Assembly: GCA_965205865.1 (NCBI GenBank)
Contig: CBDBHR010000030.1
Span: 1-64,000 of the forward strand
DNA length: 64,000 bases
From: a bacterium
GTDB lineage: Bacteria; SAR324; NAC60-12
Direction of reading: 5' to 3'
The notes under the pieces are model-generated. The model was not told where the DNA came from and did not search any database. It was given only the letters and a program-made list of their open reading frames with translations. Below, piece after piece: positions 54,064-62,922 of this stretch (its first letter is position 1; each line of letters opens with the position of its first letter). A program made the position numbers and the translations under genes.

Positions 54064-55707
54064 TTATTCGTCCTCCCGTGTGGCATAGGCACCGGCAGCA
54101 TTGCCATCTGAGAAATTGGCATTGAAGGTGCCGAAGATGCCTGTGGGGCGTTCATTTGAAGTACCGTAGCCTTGCGCCTTCCATTTGCCATCGATAGTAT
54201 TATTGCTAGTGAACGTTTCACCATTCTCTAACTCAGCATTGCCAAACGCAGCTTCCTTAAGAGTAACTTCCCAAGTGGGGTTAACCGCGTTACCTCTGAA
54301 ATTTGAGATTTCACCACTAATCATCGGGGAGTCCCCAAACTTCACTTCTAAGCTGACTTTGGCTTCGAACTCGCCAGATCGAACATTATCCCCATCACGG
54401 TAAGCGGATATGCCAACGGCTGGCCCGCTATATGAGGCGCTTGTGTCTGTTGGATCATCTGCGGGGATAGCGAGATCAAGATTAGCCGTGTTGGCGTCCG
54501 TTCTAGCGTAAGTTGTGACCATCTCTTCGTCATCGCCATTAACCGAAATCCAATAACCATATTGGGCGTAATCTGTATCCTCACTGTATGTCACTGGGTC
54601 TGCGCTCGTGTCTGCGACATAGAGCCTCTCCTCATTAGTCGGAGTGAAATACCAACTCCCCGTCAGCATCCTATCGTCAGTCTCCGGCCCAGCTGCCACA
54701 ATGCAATCGCTGCCGAGGCAGATTGCTATGCCTGGAATACCATTGTGCGTAGCAACTTTCTGCGTACCAAACATCGCCGCATCGGTGTTTACATTTAGAG
54801 TAGAAGCGGAAGTGACGGTTTCACCATTGATTGATGCCACTTTAACGGCCTTTAGGTTGTTATCACCGTCGACAATATTCGCATCCATGGTTGTGCCGAC
54901 GATCTCGCTCCATGTTTTGCCTAGCTGATCTTTACGCATGGTCCGCCGTACCTCAGGGATGTCATCAACAACGGGTGCGATTTCTCCCGCTACTAATAAG
55001 GCACTGCTTTTTAGCGCACCCTCAATAGCCTCCGCAACTTCCATGGCTATACTAGCGGGCGATGTTGGCATTTTGGCATCGGAAGGACCGGTAACTTTTT
55101 CGACAGATGCTTTCGCATTTTCCAGGAACATTTCGATGGCCTCGATATTCTTCTGGACTTCTGCGATCGCAACTTCCAGCGCAGCCGTCGCAGCGTCATC
55201 GGCTCCTTCTTTCGCCGCTTCGAGCGCTGCCCGCGCCTCTATTGCAGCTGTCAAAGCGTCATCGATCGTCGTCTTGGCGTCCAGCACTTTCTGAGCATTC
55301 TCCATAGCGGTCATGGATTCGCCGCCGACACCAAGCACCTCGAGCATATCTGGCATTGAGTATTTAATCGCGTTCGCCAAGGCGGTATTCGCCGTATTTT
55401 TAGCTTCATCAGCCTTGTTGTCTTCCTCGAATGCCACTTGGAACGGACCTCGCTCGTCCACCATCTCTTCACCATCCTCCTCTTCACCATCCTCTACCAT
55501 TTCCATCTCTTCTTCGGCAGTTGCCTTCGATTTACTCGACGTAGTGCAGGAGGTCAAGAAGCCGACCGCCGCTAACATGAAGAGCGCGACCACCAAAATT
55601 CTGAGGTACGTATTTTTTCCCGTCCTGCATCCAACTGGGGAAACAAGAGCGGTCTCCTCACCGATTTTTTCTTTTTCCATTTTTCCACTTTTTTCAAATT
55701 CACTCAT
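54064..55707 (-). CDS. Surface lipoprotein with TbpB-like C-terminal beta-barrel
   Basis: Lipobox LTSC, acidic linker, Ala-rich helices, YGYW, ASYSGPAVG, SGEFEA, GKWKAQGYG, GTFNA..GAY; directly upstream of the slam gene. Confidence 0.82.
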   Translation of the reverse strand: MSEFEKSGKMEKEKIGEETALVSPVGCRTGKNTYLRILVVALFMLAAVGFLTSCTTSSKSKATAEEEMEMVEDGEEEDGEEMVDERGPFQVAFEEDNKADEAKNTANTALANAIKYSMPDMLEVLGVGGESMTAMENAQKVLDAKTTIDDALTAAIEARAALEAAKEGADDAATAALEVAIAEVQKNIEAIEMFLENAKASVEKVTGPSDAKMPTSPASIAMEVAEAIEGALKSSALLVAGEIAPVVDDIPEVRRTMRKDQLGKTWSEIVGTTMDANIVDGDNNLKAVKVASINGETVTSASTLNVNTDAAMFGTQKVATHNGIPGIAICLGSDCIVAAGPETDDRMLTGSWYFTPTNEERLYVADTSADPVTYSEDTDYAQYGYWISVNGDDEEMVTTYARTDANTANLDLAIPADDPTDTSASYSGPAVGISAYRDGDNVRSGEFEAKVSLEVKFGDSPMISGEISNFRGNAVNPTWEVTLKEAAFGNAELENGETFTSNNTIDGKWKAQGYGTSNERPTGIFGTFNANFSDGNAAGAYATREDE

Positions 55708-55747
55708 GGTATTTCTCCTTCTTATTCGATTAAAATAACATCAAAAC

Positions 55748-57930
55748 GATTTTGCCTGCTCTTTTATAATTCCCCGTAAAACCATTGTCGAGTCTTTTTC
55801 CAAACCATTCTGAAAAAAACCGGACAGGCCAAACTTCAATGATTTTGATTTTGCCTGCTCTTTTTTAAATCCCCTTAAAACCAATGTCAACACCTTTTTT
55901 CAAACTGAAAAAAACGGACGAGCAAAACTTCAATGATTTTGCCTGACCTTTTTTAAAATACTATAAAGCCAATGCCAAGTCTTTTTTTCAAATCCCGAAA
56001 ACCCGACGAGCAAAACTTCAATGATTTTGATTTTGCCTGCTCTTTTATAAAGCACTATAAAGCCATTGCCAAGTCTTTTTTCAAATCTGAAAAAAACCCG
56101 ACCAGCAAAACTTCAATGATTCCGCCTGCTCTTTATTAAAACACTCCTAAGTTGAGCGATTCGTAATAAAAAAAGCTCCCAACCTTGGGAAAAATGTGTT
56201 ATATTTCAGTGGTTAAAATAAAAAAATTCACAAAATCTAACACAACCCAACAGGTAGAGAGCTTTATGGGAAAAAATATAACAGTTCAGGATAAAAAGAA
56301 ACAGATAATTGATGCCATTCAGCCAACCGATGAACACTTGACAAGTCGTGCCGGATTGGCCTTGTTTGCCCAGTATCTGCAAAGCATTCGGCTGATGCCG
56401 ATCATCGAAAGGTTGTTTGGTTCGATGCGTAAAAATAAAAAAGGAATTGCTGTCTCTGATTTTTTTGCGCAGATCCTCTGTTTTTTCATGGACGGCAGCA
56501 GCCGTCATCTCAGTTGGTTCGATCACCTCAAAAGGGGCGAGGGTTATGCCGCCTTGCTGTCATGCAGTGAGCAAGACCTTGCCTCCTCGCATGCCGTGAA
56601 AAGATTTTTTGGAAAGTTCTCTTTTGTACGAGTCTACCTGTTTCGTCATCTGCTGCAGATACTGTTTATCTGGAGACTGAAGAAGACTTGTCCAACGGTG
56701 ATTGTGTTGGGTCTGGATTCGATGGTACTTGATAATGATGATGCCCTGAAACGCCATGGTGTCCAGCCGACTTACAAGATGGTCAAAGGATTTCATCCCC
56801 TGCAGATGAATTGGGGTCGTTATATGGTTGACGCAGTTTTTCGCGGAGGTAGCAAACATTCGAATCACGGGAAAACTGTTCAGAATATGCTGGTTCATAT
56901 CGTGAAAAGGATTCGCCGCCAATACCGAGATGATGTACCAATCATGGTGCGCATGGACACCGGTTTTTTTGACGAAAAAATCTTTGAAACCTGTGAACGA
57001 CTGAACATCGGTTAGCTGAAGCGGAGGAAAGTCCTATGCCAATGTGAGGAATGCTGCGGAAGAAGCCACTGACTGGCAGACCTTCACTTCATCGGGCAAG
57101 AAGGAGATCTGGCAGTACACCGAGTTTAAGAGCCAGCAGGGGACATGGAAGAAGGCTCGTCGCACGATCTACAGCCGCTTGATTGAACACGATAGCCAAC
57201 TCTCTTTGCCGGGTTTGGATCATGATGGCGTGATCATTACGAACCTTGGTATGGGAGAGGCCATTGATGGCCAACTCAGCCAAGCCGCTGAAGAAAAGCG
57301 CATCGATGCTCATAGCATCCTTGGCTCGTACCACGGACGGGGAAAGGATGAACTGGCCAACCGGGCGCTGAAAAACTTTGGTCATCAACAACTTCCCTTC
57401 AAGGACTTCATTTCCAATACCGCATGGTACTATCTGATGCTGGTTGGCAATAACCTCTTCGAATCCTTCAAAGAAGATGTCAGCAAGCCAGTGATTGCGG
57501 TAACGATGTATGCTGATACCTTCCGGCGCCAGTTTCTTGATACGGCAGGCAAACTGGTTCGTCATGCCGGAAAACTGATCTTGAAAATACCAAAAAAGAC
57601 CTTTGAGCGCTTGCAATTGGACCAACTATTTGCCACCTGCCAGCACGCATTGGCGCCAATCTGATCAACGGGTTTCGCTTCAATTAAAAAACAAAAACAT
57701 TAAAGTTTAAGGGGATAAGTGCGTCCAAAACATGAGAAATGAAGACCTTCCACATCTGAAAACAGCATTTTGATGCTCATTCTCACTCAAACATCCATGG
57801 ATTTGATGATCAAAATCTGATTTCAGAATGATTGCCTTTCTCAGGCAAAAAAATCATCTTGAAAATCTGATCCTTTTTTAGAATCGCTCAATTTGGGACA
57901 CTATAAAGCCAATGCCAAGTTTTTTTTCAG
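55748..57930 (-). promoter_or_regulatory. Five diverged ~90-bp tandem repeats, each with a sigma70-like promoter facing the lipoprotein gene; fifth unit split by IS1380
   Basis: Units at 55748, 55847, 55935, 56029 and 56118. Minus-strand TCGACA/TTGACA/TTGGCA-N17-TATAAA/TAAAAA/TAATAA. Confidence 0.65.
56146..57897 (+). mobile_element. IS1380-family element copy 3 (1752 bp), split transposase
   Basis: Same IRs; perfect 5-bp TSD ACACT. Confidence 0.95.
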
Positions 57931-58159
57931 CTCACAAAGTTGCTGGCTGAAACAGACAGTCTCCGAGGGTTGTGAAAAAAGGAAGTTTCACAAAAACAAA
58001 CAACCCTCGCAAAGGAGACTGTCATGGAAAAAATTAACATTGAATCTTTCTCATGTCAAACACTTTTTTTGGAATTGACGCGCATTAGAAGACCTTTGCC
58101 TCAATTCCACGCACCCCCACTCCGTATTTCGCAAGGGGCGATTCGATCCGGCCAGCTCC

Positions 58160-59843
58160 GATTCCCAACAGAAAAGATTCGACGAGACGTCTTCATACGA
58201 TCCGGCTGGATTCCTGGTCTTCGCCAGCAATGACAACTGGATTCCCAACAGAAGGGATTCGAAGAGGCGTCTTCATACGATCCGGATGGATTCCTGGTCT
58301 TCGCCAGCAATGACAACTGGATTCCCAAGAGAAGGGATTCGAAGAGGCTTCTTCAAAAGCGTTCTTCAGTTTACCGAAGCCATCCTATAGTTACAAGGAA
58401 AAAACTTCAGCTGCTCGATCTCGCTATTCTCCCTGCCCTCAATCCATGCATTCCTCATGCCTAAGCTGGCATAGACGCAACCAAAAAGGTTGTTTATGAC
58501 GGTATATCGCTCAAAATGAACCTCGAGATGGCAGGGCCGGGTGACCTGCCGGTCAAAAATGTATCGAGTTGTCATTCCTGGCAAAGACCAGGAATCCACC
58601 GCTATGCCTCTCATCGAATTGTCATTTCATCGAGTTGTCATTTCATCGAGTTGTCATTTCATCGAGTTGTCATTGCTGGCGATTCAGAGTGACTCCTGGA
58701 TTCCTGGTCTGCGCCAGGAATGACACGCTTGTATCCAGGGTGACTCCTGGATTCCTGGTCTGCGCCAGGAATGACACGCTTGTATCCAGGGTGACTCCTG
58801 GATTCCTGGTCTGCGCCAGGAATGACACGCTTGTGGGGACAGGAATGACACGCTTGTATCCAGGGTGACTCCTGGATTCCTGCAAAGACCAGGAATCCAC
58901 CGCTATGCCTCTCATCGAATTGTCATTCCTGGCGCAGACCAGGAATCCACCGGTATGCGTCTCATCGAGTTGTCATTCCATCGAGTTGTCATTCCTGGCA
59001 ATGACCTGGAATCCACCGCTTTGCCTCTCATCGAGTTGTCATTTCATCGAGTTGTCATTCCTGGCGCAGACCAGGAATCCACCACTATGCCTCTCATCGA
59101 GTTGTCATTTCATCGAGTTGTCATTCCTGGCAATGACCAGGAATCCACCACTATGTCTCTCATCGAGTTGTCATTTCATCGAGTTGTCATTTCATCGAGT
59201 TGTCATTTCATCGAGTTGTCATTCCTGGCAAAGACCAGGAATCCACCGCTATGCCTCTCATCGAGTTGTCATTTCATTGAGTTGTCATTTCATTGAGTTG
59301 TCATTTCATTGAGTTGTCATTCCTGGCGCAGACCAGGAATCCACCGCTATGCCTCTCATCGAGTTGTCATTTCATCGAGTTGTCATTCCTGGCGCAGACC
59401 AGGAATCCACCGGGCTGGCGATTCAGGGTGACTCCTGGATTCCTGGTCTTCGCCAGGAATGACACGCTTGTATCCAGGGTGACTCCTGGATTCCTGGTCT
59501 TCGCCAGGAATGACACGCTTGTGGGGACAGGAATGACACGCTTGTATCCAGGGTGACTCCTGGATTCCTGGTCTTCGCCAGGAATGACACACTTGTGGGG
59601 ACAGGAATGACACGCTTGTATCCAGGGTGACTCCTGGATTCCTGGTCTTCGCCAGGAATGACACGCTTGTGGGGACAGGAATGACACGCTTGTATCCAGG
59701 GTGACTCCTGGATTCCTGGTCTTCGCCAGGAATGACACGCTTGTGGGGACAGGAATGACACGCTTGTATCCAGGGTGACTCCTGGATTCCTGGTCTTCGC
59801 CAGGAATGACACGCTTGTGGGGACAGGAATGACACGCTTGTAT
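58160..59843. repeat. Mosaic REP/BIME-like array of about 20 GTCATTCCTGG-N6-CCAGGAATCCA palindromes (family D)
   Basis: Forward blocks padded with 16-bp CATCGAGTTGTCATTT repeats; reverse blocks with 51-bp and 74-bp periods; 78-bp duplication at 58160-58350. Confidence 0.92.
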
Positions 59844-60191
59844 GGATAAATTGAAAGAAGTCGTTTGGATTCTTGTAGAGAAGAAAGTAGATGGAGGACC
59901 GCTGGTGCAGTCCCCCATCCGAAAGGTAATTATGAAACTGCGGGTGTTATAAAGGCACCGCCCGCTGGCCTGGAATGCTCTCAAAGGGGGAGTTTAAAAC
60001 ATGGAACCAGACATGCAATTTATTTGCCAAACATCTTCTAAATGAGGTGGGGTCAAGATGGGGTCAGGCTTGCATACTTGCGCATTGGTATTTTTTTCGT
60101 TTCATAGGTGAAGAGTCTCCCTCAGAACTCTTGCTTCATGTCTCGCTTGATGTGGTTGTGGTCAAATTGGCCTGGCAAATCCGGGACCTGC

Positions 60192-60525
60192 TCAGAATGA
60201 GTAGAACGCCCCTAGATGGGCGCGATGTTCGTCCCCACCGTGATCGTCACTGAGCGGCAGGTACAGGTACTCGATACGAAACGAAGCGGCGTTGGTTATC
60301 GGTACGTCGAGGCCGCCACCCAAGAGGAGCCCAAGGCCGTTGTCGTCATCTTTTTCTGACATCGATACCAGGCGGTTCGCAATCGTTATCGTTGCCGTTC
60401 CCTCGAATTCATCATGCCATCGCCTCACCCCGATCTTGACGAAAGGCATGACGAAGGAGGAATCAAGCGACACTTGCCTTACGAGGGCGCCGTACAGTGA
60501 CCAGCGCCTCAGCTTGACCTTGGCA
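60192..60525 (-). pseudogene. Outer-membrane beta-barrel C-terminal fragment
   Basis: PFVKIG, LGGGLD, FRIEY, terminal AFYSF. Confidence 0.7.
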
Positions 60526-60599
60526 TTAAAATTAAACGTAGCGCAAGATCGGCAAGACATGTTTATAGCACTTAAACAGAGGAATGAATAGAACTTGTC

Positions 60600-60902
60600 A
60601 TGTTTGAATCGTTCCTGTACTTACGGAAGTTGATTCATCAAATGAAATTTCTGAAAATGGAAGCAGAAGTAGAATTTGATCCTCTTGACAGGCTACTCAA
60701 AAAATTAAGGGACCACGCTGTTGATCACAAATCAAAAATTGTTTCTATGAACGAGGAGATGACAAAAGAATTTGTCGGCGTGAAGAAGCAACTCAGGGGA
60801 ATGGACGAGCGACTCAAGGAAATGGACGAGCAATTTCAAGGTCAATTTAGTGAAATGGTAAGTAAGATTGATGCGCTGGCAGACCTTTTGAGGAAGGAAT
60901 GA
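60600..60902 (+). CDS. Small coiled-coil hypothetical protein
   Basis: MDERLKEMDEQF heptads; start uncertain. Confidence 0.5.
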   Translation: MFESFLYLRKLIHQMKFLKMEAEVEFDPLDRLLKKLRDHAVDHKSKIVSMNEEMTKEFVGVKKQLRGMDERLKEMDEQFQGQFSEMVSKIDALADLLRKE

Positions 60903-61029
60903 AACTTATGAGGAGAGGGGTATAACTCTTGTGCGCCCGCTGGCCTGCAAACCTCTCAGACCATTCCTGATCGCTTGCATACGTCAATCCATCTCCTCCT
61001 GAATAATGGGACTAGTCATGCAATTTATA

Positions 61030-61262
61030 TGCAATTTATTTGCCAAACACCTTCTGAGAAAACGCTTCATTATTGAAACCATCAACAACCAACTGAAAAA
61101 TATATCACGAATTGAGCATTCCGGACGTCGCAGCGTTAAAAACTTTATGGCTGATTCACTCGCAGGCTCAATTGCTTATACCTGGCAACCGCAAAAACCG
61201 ACCCTCAATAGAATGAAAGAGGCAACGCCGCTTCAAATCATCGAGTGCGCTATCTCGTACTC
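61030..61262 (+). mobile_element. IS982-family transposase 3' remnant
   Basis: LLRKRFIIETINNQLKNISRIEHS..RSVKNF..IAY..KP. Confidence 0.8.
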
Positions 61263-61515
61263 GGGTGAGAGATGTTGTTGAACATCCAATTGCCATCGGG
61301 AATTCGCATATTCGTTGATGATAACCTGAATCCTGCTTGCGCATGAATTGAAAAAAGCTTGATATGACAATAATGAGGTTATAAAAGTCATAAAGCTGAA
61401 TACCGAAAGGAAAGGGAATAAGCGCTATCACTTTGTCATAACGGAGCTGATCATGCAACCAGGAAAATCAAAACTGCGCATTTCAAATTAGAAACGGTTC
61501 AGATAATCAGATACA

Positions 61516-61788
61516 ATGGAAATAATAACTTCCTTTGCAATTTCGCTCTCTGCCGTTATTATAGCTGGGATTGGGCTTTTTTGGAAAATAAGGACGGATT
61601 ACCGCAGAGAGTTTGATGAGCGAATTAAAGGTGTCGAGAATAATTTGACCGATCGCCTTAAGGACGTCGAGAATAATCTGACCGATCGCGTCAATAAGGT
61701 CGATGACCGGTTGCGAGAAATTGAATCAAATATACAACGGGCGCTCGGACGGCTGGAAGGACGTCAAGACGCTCAGAATAAAATATAG
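61516..61788 (+). CDS. Small N-terminal TM coiled-coil protein with 11-aa repeats
   Basis: RIKGVENNLTD-RLKDVENNLTD; ends GRLEGR. Confidence 0.65.
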   Translation: MEIITSFAISLSAVIIAGIGLFWKIRTDYRREFDERIKGVENNLTDRLKDVENNLTDRVNKVDDRLREIESNIQRALGRLEGRQDAQNKI

Positions 61789-61985
61789 TAGTTAAAGCGG
61801 AGTATGCATATGGAACCGAATACCCATCTCCTTCCTCAAAAGGTTCAGCAAAGACCGGGTCTTACAATCGATTGGAGTTTCCAACGCGTCGAGTCAGCGT
61901 TTGTGCGTGTCGAAGGGTCTGTGGAAAGAATCGAACGATTGGTAAAGAAATTCGATGAACTTGAAAAAAAGGCCAAGCAAAGCTG

Positions 61986-62053
61986 AGATGGGGTCAAGAT
62001 GGGTCAGGTTTGCATACTTGTATTTCCTTCCGAATACATGCAAGCCTGACCCA
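61986..62053. repeat. Family C palindrome (GGGTCAGG(C/T)TTGCAT..ATGCAAGCCTGACCC); half or partial copies at 60047-60082 and 62592-62640
   Basis: Direct reading of three related copies. Confidence 0.8.
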
Positions 62054-62056
62054 ATA

Positions 62057-62592
62057 CTAAAAATAGAACCTGAGTGTTGCCAGCAAGGCGTGGGTTTTGA
62101 AATCGGCCACGGTTTCGTCGATTTTGACTGGAATTTCTCTGCGCCTGCCATCCTCCCTGTATCGCACGATGGTGATGTCACCGACGTCGGTTCTTATTTC
62201 TCCGGCGTCCGTATAACGATAGCTCAAGTCGGGTTTCATGCGATTCGAGACTGGTATGACCAGACCGGTGGTCAACATATATGTAAATTCCTGTCCGCTT
62301 CCTTCGGGGAGACGGGTAAACGGGATTTCTCCATTGGCACCCCGGCGCAAATAACCTTTAGGATTATCGGGGTCTGGAAACTGTTGAACGAAGTCTTTCA
62401 GTCTGTAATTGCTGTAACCCATCCCCACTCCAAGATAGGACTGTATCCGTAGATCGCTGATGACTTTCCACGGCGGGAAATCGTAGAATCCGGATAATAA
62501 GAGTTGCCGCGTTTCCAGCTTGGCTATCGAAGGTTGACGATCTCCCGATCTCGCATAGTTGGTATTCCCCTTGAAGTCGAGATTCCCGGCCG
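62057..62592 (-). pseudogene. Outer-membrane beta-barrel C-terminal fragment, paralog of 39291-39701
   Basis: Shared YRLKDFVQ..DLSYRYTDAGEIRTD..KTHALL..LR.F; bracketed by family C repeats. Confidence 0.8.
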
Positions 62593-62670
62593 AGATGGGG
62601 TCAGGCTTGCATACTTGTATTTCTCTGAATACAAGTATGGTCACCGTAAAGAACTGATTTATAGTGACTT

Positions 62671-62892
62671 TCAGTCACCTTTCATCATTCCTCCGGTACA
62701 GATCCGGACATCTTGGCTGACACGGACTGACCAGAAATTCGGATCTTTGGCTTTATCCAGCTTGTGGAACTGCAATCCCGGCCGGGTAGGATTCAATTGA
62801 AGGTCAAAGGCCGTGGTCTTCACGGCATTTTGCTCGTCACCGGTGAGCTTGGCGAGGCTGTCGGTGAAGGTGTCGGCAATGCGGAAGTTCAC
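62671..62892 (-). pseudogene. RelE-like N-terminal domain of a UvrD-type helicase, truncated
   Basis: MNFRIADTFTDSLAKL..KTTAFDLQLNP..FHKLDKAKDPNFWSVRV recalled as the N-terminus of large helicases in R-M/defence loci. Confidence 0.65.
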
Positions 62893-62922
62893 ATCAGGTC
62901 TCGACTTGGACCACAGAGGCGC

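Noticed and set aside
57013-57018. TAGCTG at the IS1380 lesion equals the TSD of the IS at 452-2276 (excision footprint?)
   Set aside because: A single hexamer, not duplicated; plausible by chance.
58565-59843. CRISPR array
   Set aside because: Intervening sequences are repeated rather than unique spacers, orientation flips between blocks, and no cas genes are present.
58024-59984. ORFs with IELSFH / VSFLAKTRNP repeats, and the MSKIGGHVHC ORFs at 42203, 46879 and 52236
   Set aside because: They are translations of DNA repeats in several frames with no coding evidence.
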